This document shows, piece by piece, positions 52,097 through 62,260 of a stretch of DNA of 64,000 nucleotides; within the stretch, counting starts at the first letter, position 1; every line of letters begins with the position of its first letter. The position numbers and the translations under genes are program-made. The DNA comes from an uncultured Methanosarcinaceae archaeon (GTDB lineage: Archaea > Halobacteriota > Methanosarcinia > Methanosarcinales > Methanosarcinaceae): contig CAWJYV010000008.1 in assembly GCA_963847185.1 (NCBI GenBank), positions 576,001 to 640,000 on the forward strand, given 5' to 3'. Under the pieces are notes generated by a model. It did no database searches. It worked only from the letters and a program-made list of their open reading frames with translations, and was not told the origin of the DNA.

Positions 52097-54649
52097 GTGA
52101 GTAAAAAAATAAATGTGAGTAAAATGGAGAAGTCAGAAAAAATCAGTCAGAATAAAGATGCACGAAAAAAAGATCCGAAAGAGATCCTCGTGCTTGGAGC
52201 TGCTCTCTTAGCTGGCTTCATCATGCGCATGCTCTCGTATGCCGCAGTTACTGCAAACGGGAGCATAACCTTCCCTGGATATGATGATTATTATCATATG
52301 CGGCGCATTCTTTATGCAGTTTCAAGTTTTCCCAATTCACTTAATTTCGATTCTTACCTCAACTATCCTTATGGCTATGAAATCGGATGGCCTCCTTTTT
52401 TTGACCTGTTAGGTGCTCTGCTTGCAAAAATTCTCGGAGGAGGGCAGCCTGATCCGCATACTATCGAATTTGCAGGAGCATTACTGCCGGTACTTCTCGG
52501 AACTCTGACAATAATCCCACTGTATATAGCAGCCAGCTCGGTTTTTGACAAAAAAACCGGACTTCTCGGGGCTTTCATTTTCGCAGTCATTCCAGCCCAT
52601 TTATACGTATCCCGTTTTGGAGCGGCTGACCATCACGTAGCAGAGGCACTCCTATCTACGGCAGCTTATGCATGTTTTATACTTGCCTTGAAAATTGCAA
52701 ATAAAAAAAATCTTTCCTTAAATTCGCTTAAGAACATATCAGAAAAAAGAGACCTTATAACTTCTCTGGTTCTTGCAGCGGTTTCAGGGCTGTTTCTTGC
52801 ACTCCTAATTTACACATGGGTAGGAGCTCCTGTTTTTGTAAGTTTTATCGTATTGTATGCATTCATACAGACCACAATCGATCTCAAAGCTGGAAAAGAA
52901 TCCGATTACCTATTTATCTGCTCAATTACATGCATTGTTTCAACACTTCTGTTTACTATTCCCCTGTCAGCCGGATCAGTGCGACCAGGTCTGGAAATGA
53001 GTGCAGTATACATTTCCTGGTTTCAGGTATTTTATGTGCTCAGCATGCTAGTTGGAGCTTTCCTCCTCTGGGGGCTTTCTGGATCTGTCTCAAAAAAGGC
53101 TCTGGACTGGAAGTTTTATCCTGGAATCTTAATTCTGGTTTTAGGTGCAGGTATTCTCTCTCTGCGAATTTTTTCCGCAGAATCCTACTCTTTTGTGATG
53201 GAAGGTCTGAGATTCTTCACAGGAAAAGGGGAATATATAGGAACCATTTCCGAAGCTGTGCCTTTATTTTTGACAGGACAGGGAAATCTTACTTTCGGAC
53301 CGGTACTGGGAAGTTTTGGACTCTGCTTTATTGCAGCTTTGATAGCTTTCTTCCTGCTCGGACTTGAGTGGAAAGGTGAGAACTCAAAGCCAGAAGGAAT
53401 ATATCTCCTTTTATGGACAGCCTTTTCCGCATATCTCGTTCTTTCGCAGAGGCGTTTCTCGTATCTTTTTTCAGTAAATGTTGCAATTCTTACCTCCTAT
53501 TTACTCTGGATTTTGTTTGAATCGCTCAATTTTGAAACTGAAGTAAGGAACCTGTTAAAACTCGGAAAAAAGAATCAAAATAATAAAACTACTCATCAGG
53601 TTTCAAAAGAAACAAAATTAAAGACAAAGTCAAAAGTAAAAGCAAAGAATGAATCAGCAAAGAATGAATTAACAAAGGATAGGTTACTAAAGAACAGATC
53701 AGGATCGAAAAGTAATCAGAACCCTGATTACTTCAAAATTGTTTCATCACTGGTTCTTTTAGGGCTTGTCTTTGTACCCTGTATATGGGCAGGAGTTGCT
53801 TTTGCAAAAAGTACGAGTTCGATTGATGGAGCCTGGCAGGACTCTCTGCAATGGTTAGAAACTTCCAGCCCCGAGACTTCTTATTACCTTCAGCCTTCTC
53901 AAACTCCAGAGTATGGAGTTCTGAGCTGGTGGGACTATGGAAACTGGATCGTATATCTCTCAAAAAGGCCTGCAGTCTCGAATAATTTCCAGACAGGCGT
54001 TGAAGATTCTGCACATTTTTTCATAACTGACTCAGAACAGGAAGCAAAAGCTATCATCGAAAAACTCAAGGTAAAATATGTGATAACCGATACACTGATG
54101 GCAGGTGGCAAATTTTCGGCTATTTCTGAACTTGCAGGAAAAAACGTCACGGATTATTTTGATGTTCAAACAGTCAAAGGAAAAACGGGTCTTCAGACGG
54201 TTGCAACTCCGAAAAATGCCTTTATGAATACTGAAGTATATAAGCTTCAAGAACTTGACGGCTCAAATCTCGGAAACTTGCGGCTCATTCACGAAAGTGT
54301 AGCAAATAGCACGGAGAATAAAAATAACAAAGATAATACTGTAAAGGTATTCGAATATGTTTCAGGAGCTAGGCTTTCAGGTACTGTAAATCCAAAAGAG
54401 ACTGTTACTGCGACACTTGAATTGCGCTCAAATACAGGTAGAGGATTCACATATCAGAACAAAGCGGCGGCAGATGAAAAAGGTTTATTTGAAATAACCG
54501 TGCCTTATTCGACAGAAAATACTGGAACCGAAACCACTGCTACGTCAACCTATTCCATTAGCTCAGAAGAAAACGTTACAGCAACAGGAATCCAGGTAAA
54601 AGAAAGTGATGTTCTGAACGGGAACACAATAGAAGTAAACAATTCCTGA
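52097..54649 (+). CDS. aglB: oligosaccharyltransferase AglB (STT3 family)
   Basis: DDYYHMRR, DHH..E, TISE, WWDYG, NNFQ; many TM helices. Confidence 0.93.
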   Translation: MSKKINVSKMEKSEKISQNKDARKKDPKEILVLGAALLAGFIMRMLSYAAVTANGSITFPGYDDYYHMRRILYAVSSFPNSLNFDSYLNYPYGYEIGWPPFFDLLGALLAKILGGGQPDPHTIEFAGALLPVLLGTLTIIPLYIAASSVFDKKTGLLGAFIFAVIPAHLYVSRFGAADHHVAEALLSTAAYACFILALKIANKKNLSLNSLKNISEKRDLITSLVLAAVSGLFLALLIYTWVGAPVFVSFIVLYAFIQTTIDLKAGKESDYLFICSITCIVSTLLFTIPLSAGSVRPGLEMSAVYISWFQVFYVLSMLVGAFLLWGLSGSVSKKALDWKFYPGILILVLGAGILSLRIFSAESYSFVMEGLRFFTGKGEYIGTISEAVPLFLTGQGNLTFGPVLGSFGLCFIAALIAFFLLGLEWKGENSKPEGIYLLLWTAFSAYLVLSQRRFSYLFSVNVAILTSYLLWILFESLNFETEVRNLLKLGKKNQNNKTTHQVSKETKLKTKSKVKAKNESAKNELTKDRLLKNRSGSKSNQNPDYFKIVSSLVLLGLVFVPCIWAGVAFAKSTSSIDGAWQDSLQWLETSSPETSYYLQPSQTPEYGVLSWWDYGNWIVYLSKRPAVSNNFQTGVEDSAHFFITDSEQEAKAIIEKLKVKYVITDTLMAGGKFSAISELAGKNVTDYFDVQTVKGKTGLQTVATPKNAFMNTEVYKLQELDGSNLGNLRLIHESVANSTENKNNKDNTVKVFEYVSGARLSGTVNPKETVTATLELRSNTGRGFTYQNKAAADEKGLFEITVPYSTENTGTETTATSTYSISSEENVTATGIQVKESDVLNGNTIEVNNS

Positions 54650-54803
54650 GAAGTAGCCAACTTCTGAGTAGAATAAAAAAAGAGGAGAAGCAAGAAAAAG
54701 AGAAAAATCTTTTTCTTCTTTTAATCCTTATAATTTATAAATAATTTCCTAACTTTTTTCTAAAACTTTCAGTGAAGACCATTATCCTTATTTTAATAAA
54801 AAA

Positions 54804-56270
54804 TTATTCTCCTCCGCTTTCTACCCCGACTGCACTCAAGAATCTTTTGACTACTGCTTCGTTAACTAGCCTCAAGAGTGTCTGTCTATCTTTTGTAGCG
54901 CTGAAAACCCCTAAAGGAATCTGGGCTCCTGCCGCATTTGCGTGCCCTCCGGCATCTTCCCCAAAAGCCTGACGCATAATTTCACCCAGATTAACTCTAA
55001 TGTCATTGCTGCGTCCGGAGATATAAATACGATCTTCGGTAACTCCAAAAACTACTGTTGTGGAAATCCCCTCAAGGCCCAAAAGATAATCTGCGGCCTG
55101 CGGTAGGGTATCTCGATCCCTTATATTACCTACATTCGAAAGGAGATAACTTCCTATTACCTGTCGATTTCGAATTGCCTCTCCAAGTACCTCAAGGGTT
55201 TCAATAGCCATTGAAGGTTGTTCAAGCTGATCAAGAATGCCGTGGTTCGAAAGTGGATAGAGGTACGAAGCAGCTGAGAGATCTGCAGGGTCGGTTTTCC
55301 TCTTAAAGTCCTGGGTATCGGTCCGAATCCCATAAAGTAAAGCTGTTGCCATGGTCTTGGTAATATTGATATTAAGCTGCTGCAAGTACTTTGTCATTAT
55401 AGTGGCAGTTGCCCCGAAGTTAGGCCGAATGTCTATATAATCAGCCTTTATCTCAATTTCTCCCGGAGGATGGTGATCAATAACAATACCTACATATGAA
55501 TTTGGAGGTACCATATTGTTAACCCCGGGAACTGCGCAGTCTATCAGGGCAATTTCATCGAATTTTTTAAGATCGTATTCTTCCATCTTGCCAAGATCAA
55601 TCCCAAGCAGATTTACAAAAGCTTTGTTTTCCTGATGACCTATCCTGCCGTGGTAGAGAATGTTCGCCTCTACACCAAGATTTTTTGCAATCTCCTTTAA
55701 GGCAAGACCGCTGGAGATGGCATCTGGATCAGGGTTATCATGAATTACAATAGCAAGTTTCTTATCTCGTATTCCCTTCAGCCACCTGGCAAGCCTGTTA
55801 CCCCTGTGGACTGACTCAGCCCTCTCAAGCGAACGGGAAAGAGAGCTTGCAACAAGCTTAGAAGGCATAAAGACATAATCTGCCCCAAGATCTTCCATCT
55901 TTTCCTTGTTGATAATATCTGAAGCCCGGGAAAAGAGCTGGACATCGGGGTTGATAGCCTTCTTGAAATTTTCAATACCCTTCCTGTTTGCCTCGTTATT
56001 GGAAGTAAGAAAAAGTATAACAACAACATTCTTAATATCAATTTTAGTAACGAGCTCAGGATCCGAAATGTCACCTACAATCGTTTCGAAACCTTCCTCT
56101 CTGAGAGTCTCTACTTTGGCTTCGTCTTTATCTACAATAATTACAAGTTTATTACTTTCTCTGAGCTCTTTTGCAAGCGCAAAACCAATACTTCCACTGC
56201 CAAGAACCAGGTATCTGGGTTTGACTGTGCTCTTAAGGTTGCTATCCGCATCTTTTGAAAAACTAGACAA
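54804..56270 (-). CDS. TrkA-N (RCK) fused to DHH/DHHA1 phosphoesterase
   Basis: GSGSIG Rossmann motif, HDNPDPDA, IDHH, TDT, GGH. Confidence 0.88.
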   Translation of the reverse strand: MSSFSKDADSNLKSTVKPRYLVLGSGSIGFALAKELRESNKLVIIVDKDEAKVETLREEGFETIVGDISDPELVTKIDIKNVVVILFLTSNNEANRKGIENFKKAINPDVQLFSRASDIINKEKMEDLGADYVFMPSKLVASSLSRSLERAESVHRGNRLARWLKGIRDKKLAIVIHDNPDPDAISSGLALKEIAKNLGVEANILYHGRIGHQENKAFVNLLGIDLGKMEEYDLKKFDEIALIDCAVPGVNNMVPPNSYVGIVIDHHPPGEIEIKADYIDIRPNFGATATIMTKYLQQLNINITKTMATALLYGIRTDTQDFKRKTDPADLSAASYLYPLSNHGILDQLEQPSMAIETLEVLGEAIRNRQVIGSYLLSNVGNIRDRDTLPQAADYLLGLEGISTTVVFGVTEDRIYISGRSNDIRVNLGEIMRQAFGEDAGGHANAAGAQIPLGVFSATKDRQTLLRLVNEAVVKRFLSAVGVESGGE

Positions 56271-56838
56271 AAATAATCCTCCCTATATCATGTAAGTCCG
56301 GACACATGCAAAGGAAAGCAAACATTTGATCAGAGTCCTGCCCATTTACAGTTTTACTGAAGTCAATAATTATCAGTTGACTGTTAGTTAACTGCGATAG
56401 TGGCGTTTTTATTTAATGATAATTACTCTTATTAATTATTAATTTTGTTGATCTTCGTTATTCAGGCTAAAATTGACTTTCTCTATACAGGCTTAATTTC
56501 CTTCTGGGATACATTCTATGTTTTACCAGATTATATGGCTTTTCCAAATAACTTAGTCCTTCAGATATATATGTTATATCAAATTGTAACGTATATATAA
56601 TAAACCAAATAAGTTTTCCTTAAGGTAAAAATATAATATAAAGTTTATGCGAATCAAATCTTCCGCACTTCAATTTGACATTTTAATACTTGATTTCCCG
56701 ATGCGCGGATTGCACTTTGATTTGATCGAAGTCTGGAGGCTTTAGCTTTGCAGAGAAGCGTGAAAGAAGAGCGTGAGATGCCTTCCCAACTGCCCCGGAA
56801 TAATAACTCTGATGAGAATAAATATACGGGTGATTAAC

Positions 56839-58347
56839 ATGAAGTTAATCAATTCTTCGCGGATGAAAGCAATCGACAGAAATTGCGAACACCTTGGCCT
56901 GCTTCCTATCCAGCTAATGGAAAATGCGGGAGCTGTTATTGCACAGAATATAGGAGAGAGACTTGAAAGCGGCAAAATACTATTTGTCGCAGGCCGTGGA
57001 AACAATGGAGGAGATGCTTTTGTTGCCTCAAGACACCTTGCAGGCTCTTCAGGATACACTGTGAAGGTAATTCTGCTCGGGAAAGCCCAGGACATAAAAA
57101 CCAGGGAGGCTGTCCACAACTTTTCCCTGTTAAGATTTAGCAATGTGCAGATTCTGGAAATAAGAGATTCAAGTCAACTTACAGCCGAGGCTTCAAACTG
57201 GTTCTTAGAAGCGGACGTAATAGTAGATGCCGTGTTCGGGACAGGAGTAAAAGGCAATATAAAAGAACCCGAATCAACAGCCATTAATCTCATAAACAGA
57301 GCAGGAAAATCAGGGAAAACCGTAATTTCTGTCGATATTCCCTCCGGGCTTGACCCTGATGGAGGGGACTTTGGAAAAGCAGTAAATGCGGAACTTACGG
57401 TTACTTTTCACCGCATGAAAATCGGACTTTTAAGCGAAAAGGCAAAAGAATATACCGGCACGATAAAGGTGGCAGAGATAGGAGTCTGTGCGGATGCCGA
57501 GCAGTACGTGGGCCCAGGAGACCTGACTATGTTGCACAGGCGAAAGTCGGAAGGGCATAAAGGAGATTCAGGAAAGATCCTTGTAATAGGAGGAGGCCCA
57601 TATTCAGGTGCTCCAGCCCTTGCAGCCCTCGCGGCTCTGAAAGCAGGCACTGACCTGGTAACTGTAGCAGTTCCTGCGCCGGTAGCCGAAATCGTTGCAT
57701 CTTATTCTCCGGATCTTATAGTTAGAAAACTCTCTTCAAATATTCTCTGTCCGGAAGATCTTCCAGTCCTTTCTGACCTTATTAATTCTCATGATGTTGT
57801 TGTTATGGGGATGGGACTAGGAAGAGCGCAGGAAACTTTTGAAACCGTCCGAAAAATCCTGCCCTTCTGCAGGAGAGCCGTCCTTGATGCAGATGCCCTC
57901 TCAGCTCTCTCAGGCTCTATTTTTGAGACCCTTGCCGGGAACTGTGAACTGATAGTAACTCCTCACGCAGGAGAATTTGCCCGTTTGAGGGGCATGGAAA
58001 CTCCTGAAAACCATGAGGCTCGCATGAAAGCAGTAAGAGAGTTTTCAGAAGAAAAAGGAGTAGTAACACTCCTAAAAGGAAAAATAGACATTATTTCGGA
58101 CGGGAAACAGATCCTCCAGAACAGGACAGGAAATGCAGGTATGACAGTAGGAGGTACGGGAGATGTCCTTGCAGGCCTTACAGGAGCTCTTTTTTCCAGA
58201 AACCCTGCATTTCTTGCTGCAGCCTGTGCTGCATACATTAACGGATCAGCCGGAGATCTGGTTTTTGAGAAATCCGGAAACGGACTTCTTGCCACGGACG
58301 TGGTAGAAAAAATTCCTGAAATAATTAAAGAGGCAGATATAGGGTGA
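56839..58347 (+). CDS. nnr: bifunctional NAD(P)HX epimerase/dehydratase
   Basis: LMENAG, GNNGGD, DIPSG, HKG..G, TPHAGEF, GGTGDVLAG; start set at ATG 56839 after GGTGA. Confidence 0.92.
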   Translation: MKLINSSRMKAIDRNCEHLGLLPIQLMENAGAVIAQNIGERLESGKILFVAGRGNNGGDAFVASRHLAGSSGYTVKVILLGKAQDIKTREAVHNFSLLRFSNVQILEIRDSSQLTAEASNWFLEADVIVDAVFGTGVKGNIKEPESTAINLINRAGKSGKTVISVDIPSGLDPDGGDFGKAVNAELTVTFHRMKIGLLSEKAKEYTGTIKVAEIGVCADAEQYVGPGDLTMLHRRKSEGHKGDSGKILVIGGGPYSGAPALAALAALKAGTDLVTVAVPAPVAEIVASYSPDLIVRKLSSNILCPEDLPVLSDLINSHDVVVMGMGLGRAQETFETVRKILPFCRRAVLDADALSALSGSIFETLAGNCELIVTPHAGEFARLRGMETPENHEARMKAVREFSEEKGVVTLLKGKIDIISDGKQILQNRTGNAGMTVGGTGDVLAGLTGALFSRNPAFLAAACAAYINGSAGDLVFEKSGNGLLATDVVEKIPEIIKEADIG

Positions 58348-58536
58348 CAGAAATGAAGTGTAGAAGTTTAGAAGCATAGAAGCGCGTTATGGCATCGAAA
58401 AGTAGGCATCAAAACATTAAAATTAATATCAGAATTAATATTTATATAAGGCGAATTTCCATGATCTATATAGCATAATAAGGTATAAAACAAAAGGTAT
58501 GGGTAAAAAGATTGGACATAAAAGGGGAGATAACAG

Positions 58537-58722
58537 ATGGTAGAGGGAATTGACAGGAAAATTGAAGTGGAGATCGAGAGGAACAGAATAAGAATTACGG
58601 TTTTTCACGGGGAAGATGAGGAGATTATAAAACTTAAGCTTGAGGAAGCCGAAAAGCTTTCGGAAGAACTTAAGCAGGCATTTGAAGACTATTCAAAGAG
58701 AAAACAGATCAGGATTGACTGA
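58537..58722 (+). CDS. small hypothetical protein
   Basis: 61 aa, GGGGAG RBS. Confidence 0.7.
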   Translation: MVEGIDRKIEVEIERNRIRITVFHGEDEEIIKLKLEEAEKLSEELKQAFEDYSKRKQIRID

Positions 58723-58748
58723 GCAGAAAGGAAAAACGCGGTGATTTT

Positions 58749-59291
58749 GTGGAAAAGGTATTTACTCATATAGAATCCGGCAGAGCGCATATGGTTAACG
58801 TCAGTGAAAAGAGTGATGTTCCGAGACTGGCTCGGGCTGCAGGGGAAATAGTACTTTCCAGAGAAACCATACAAAAAATAAAGACCGGAAATGTGGAGAA
58901 AGGAAACGTACTTGCAACTGCGCGAGTTGCAGCTATACTTGCAGTTAAAAAAACTCCTGAAATAATTCCCATGTGCCATCCCATTATGATCACCGCCGCA
59001 GATGTGGATTTCGAAATAAGGGATGAGGTAATCTCAGCCATAGTAGAAGTTCAAACTGTGGGGAAAACAGGGGTTGAGATGGAAGCTCTCACAGGAGTTT
59101 CGGCAGCGTTACTGACGATATGGGATATGGTAAAGTCGGCTGAAAAAGACGAGAGCGGGAATTATCCCCATACCTCGATAAGAAATATCAGAGTACTGGA
59201 AAAACTTAAAGGTAAACATTTTGTAACCATTCAATCTACAGAAAATCCTGTTGATATTAATTTTGAAGTAACAGATAAATGTGACTACTAA
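58749..59291 (+). CDS. moaC: cyclic pyranopterin monophosphate synthase
   Basis: MVNVSEK, KGNV, IPMCHPI, TGVEMEALT, DMVK. Confidence 0.93.
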   Translation: MEKVFTHIESGRAHMVNVSEKSDVPRLARAAGEIVLSRETIQKIKTGNVEKGNVLATARVAAILAVKKTPEIIPMCHPIMITAADVDFEIRDEVISAIVEVQTVGKTGVEMEALTGVSAALLTIWDMVKSAEKDESGNYPHTSIRNIRVLEKLKGKHFVTIQSTENPVDINFEVTDKCDY

Positions 59292-59462
59292 TAAGAGTTA
59301 ATAATATCAAAGCTATCTGTTTACAATCTTGTTTATCTGTATTTCAAGAGCTCTGTTAGTATACTTGCCAGGTAGCCTGCGAGAGCCCAGACAGTAAGAC
59401 TTGTGAAAAATAAGCTTTTTAAAGGATGGGTTATATCAAGACGGGAGACTGAGGTATATATC

Positions 59463-60317
59463 TTGAAGATCTTAGGTGGACCAGCATCACAGTTACTTGC
59501 CAGCCGTACTGCCCGGGCTTTAGGGACAGAGCCAGTGCTTTGCGAGTTTAACCGGTTCCCTGATGGGGAACTTTACCTTCGAATAGCAGATGAGATAGAA
59601 AACGAGAAAGTAACGATTATCCAGAGCACACCCACTGATTCCGACCTTGTTTCTTTGCTCCAGCTTATCGATGCCTGTGAGGGGGCAAAAGAGCTCAATG
59701 TCGTAATCCCTTATATGGGATACGCCAGGCAGGACAAGAAGTTCAAGTCCGGAGAGCCAATAAGTGCTCGTGCAGTTGCCCGCTCCCTCAACGCTGACCG
59801 GATTTTCACAGTGAATATACATGAGAAAAGTGTTCTTGAACATTTCCTGGCCCCCGCCAAAAACCTTGATGCGGCAAAACTGCTTGGGGAATATATTGCA
59901 GGCTTCGGGCTGGAAAATCCTATTCTTGTTGCTCCTGATGAGGGAGCTGAAGGCCTTGTTAAGAATGTGTCTTCTGGTCCGGGTTTAGACCATGATCACC
60001 TGCAGAAAACCAGGCTCAGCGGAGATACGGTTATAATCAAGACAAAGAGTGTCGATGTAACCGGCAGGCACGTTGTCCTTGTTGATGATATGATCGCAAC
60101 AGGAGGGACAATGGCCGAATCTATCAGGATGCTGAGAGATCAGGGAGCAGTCGATGTTCACCTTGTCTGTGTACACCCTGTCCTTGCAAGAAACGCGGCT
60201 TTGAGGCTTTTCAATGCAGGAGTAAAAGATATTATCTCAACCGATACCCTCGAAAAAGCTGAAAGCAGAATAAGTGTTGCCCCTCTTATAGCAAATGCCC
60301 TGAAAGGGCTTCAATGA
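59463..60317 (+). CDS. prs: ribose-phosphate pyrophosphokinase
   Basis: FPDGE, PYMGYARQD, APDEGA, VDDMIATGGT; TTG start after GAGGT RBS. Confidence 0.93.
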   Translation: MKILGGPASQLLASRTARALGTEPVLCEFNRFPDGELYLRIADEIENEKVTIIQSTPTDSDLVSLLQLIDACEGAKELNVVIPYMGYARQDKKFKSGEPISARAVARSLNADRIFTVNIHEKSVLEHFLAPAKNLDAAKLLGEYIAGFGLENPILVAPDEGAEGLVKNVSSGPGLDHDHLQKTRLSGDTVIIKTKSVDVTGRHVVLVDDMIATGGTMAESIRMLRDQGAVDVHLVCVHPVLARNAALRLFNAGVKDIISTDTLEKAESRISVAPLIANALKGLQ

Positions 60318-60374
60318 GTTGCTTTAATTTTTATAACCGTTAACTATTTTTTATATTCTGCTATTCTTAATATT

Positions 60375-61091
60375 ATGTCCCTACCAGAAATCTGTCCACT
60401 TGATGAAACCCAGATATGCAAAGGGCGGGAGTGCCATCTCTTCTGTCTGGAATGGAGAACTAGAGAACCTACTTGTCTTATAGGTTACAGTACGACAAGT
60501 AAAGTAAAGTCCGGAAATGAGGGTCGTAAGAAGGATACTTACGCTGAAGAAACCTTCAGGAAGTTAGGCAGGCAGCCTCTCTCTAAAAAAAGACACTCTT
60601 CTGAAAATGGGGATTGGACTCCTAAGAGGCCCATAGAAAAACCCCAGGGAAGACCTGTTGAAAGAAAAGAGGAAATATTCACTCCGGCAGCAAATTTTCA
60701 GGAACCAGTTGCAAGAAATCCTGAGCTAAAACCTGAGAAAGATCATGATGAAAGGTTGAAAGAAAGATTTGCCTTCGGTGAAGCCGAGAAAGCATCTATG
60801 AGACTTGAGGCCCGGCTAAAAAAAGAGCCTGGTGAAGAACAACAAATAATATATGGAAAAACTCAGCCAAAACTTCAGGAAAAACCGAAAGTACCGGAAA
60901 AAATAATTTCAAGAGATAGGAATACAACGATTTTTGTATCCAGTGATGCGGACGAAAAGAAAGACCTTTACCTGTCAGAGAGAGAAGAAAAAGCAAAAAA
61001 AAACCTGGAAAACAGGGAAAAACGTAAGAAGCTTGAAGAAGTCATGGAGATAGACCTTCCTGACGGTTATAAAGAGGAATTCTGGAGCTAA
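60375..61091 (+). CDS. hypothetical protein, Cys-rich N-terminus and charged low-complexity body
   Basis: CP......C....C...C..........C, then K/E/P-rich sequence. Confidence 0.65.
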   Translation: MSLPEICPLDETQICKGRECHLFCLEWRTREPTCLIGYSTTSKVKSGNEGRKKDTYAEETFRKLGRQPLSKKRHSSENGDWTPKRPIEKPQGRPVERKEEIFTPAANFQEPVARNPELKPEKDHDERLKERFAFGEAEKASMRLEARLKKEPGEEQQIIYGKTQPKLQEKPKVPEKIISRDRNTTIFVSSDADEKKDLYLSEREEKAKKNLENREKRKKLEEVMEIDLPDGYKEEFWS

Positions 61092-61258
61092 CAGAGCGTT
61101 ACCTGAAAAGAAGGAGATACTCAACAAACAACAGAAGGAATTATGAGTGAATCAATTTCACGCTTGAAAAGGCCTTTGATATTGAGAATTTTTCGTCACT
61201 CATGCTGTTTGGTTTTCGTTTTGCATGCTCCGGAAAAAACAAAATATGGATATGATGA

Positions 61259-62053
61259 TTGAGGATGGACCGCCAGACATACCAGAAAATATACAGTTCA
61301 CTGCATGACTTTAAAGACGTTTTCCGCCTCTCGGAAGAATACGCCGAACCTCCAGGCACGTTAGCTACGATTCTGAACCAGAAAGTAGTGAAAATGACAA
61401 GATTCAAGCACAGAAGAATTTATTCCAGAGAGCAGGAGCTTTTTTTAAAATGGAAGCAGGGACGTTCAATTCTTGATCTTGCGGAATATACCGGTTTTCC
61501 CCCTACCCTCATGGCGGCTCTCATCATGAAAAATTGTGATATCTCCAAGAAATCTGTAAACTGGTTTTTCAAGAATATTGATCTTATTGAAAACCGCCGC
61601 CTTAGAAAGGAGGTTAAAAAAGCCCTTGAGGTAGACCATTTCTTCTCCCCTCATGCCCACGAGATGCAGTGTAAGAAAGGTGCAATGGGAGAAGAAGTTA
61701 TTCGAAAATGGCTGGATGACAGGGGGATTCTTTACTGTACTGAAGCAGAAATTCGGGCTAAGGGAGATGGAAAGACCCCTGACTTTGTCCTGGCAAACCC
61801 TCTATGCGTAGATGATCTCATGGTCAACTGGATTGAAAGCAAAGCTCTTTTCGGAGATGACTTCGAACATGAGCATTATTCTAAAAAACAATTCAGGGAA
61901 TACGCCGAGATTTTCGGAGAAGGCATGGTTGTATACTGGTATGGTTGCCTTGAAGATCTTCCTGCAGAGGGCTACCTGGTAAAGAATCACAGCTTTTTTG
62001 ACGATTATCAGGAAGAAGTCAACGAATTGTTTAATTATCTGGTGTACTGGTAA
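61259..62053 (+). CDS. TPD-domain protein (C15orf41/CDIN1 family, PD-(D/E)XK-like)
   Basis: KTPDF, WIESKALFGD, QF..Y...FG.G.V.YW.G. Confidence 0.8.
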   Translation: MRMDRQTYQKIYSSLHDFKDVFRLSEEYAEPPGTLATILNQKVVKMTRFKHRRIYSREQELFLKWKQGRSILDLAEYTGFPPTLMAALIMKNCDISKKSVNWFFKNIDLIENRRLRKEVKKALEVDHFFSPHAHEMQCKKGAMGEEVIRKWLDDRGILYCTEAEIRAKGDGKTPDFVLANPLCVDDLMVNWIESKALFGDDFEHEHYSKKQFREYAEIFGEGMVVYWYGCLEDLPAEGYLVKNHSFFDDYQEEVNELFNYLVYW

Positions 62054-62260
62054 TCGTCTAGTGCAATTTAAATCTCTTTTTAAAGACAATTCCTATTAAA
62101 TACATTACTAATTTATTAGTAATGCATTAGATAGACCTTGTTTTTGCAGTTGTATGACACTTTATTACGCTCCATGAGTAGAGAAATTTATGTGACCATA
62201 CAATTATTAACGTGAAAATATAATTATCCAATATTCAACTGAAAAGTACTGGGGGGTAAT

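Noticed and set aside
56690-56820. C/D-box sRNA or riboswitch upstream of nnr
   Set aside because: No properly ordered C and D boxes and no recognisable aptamer
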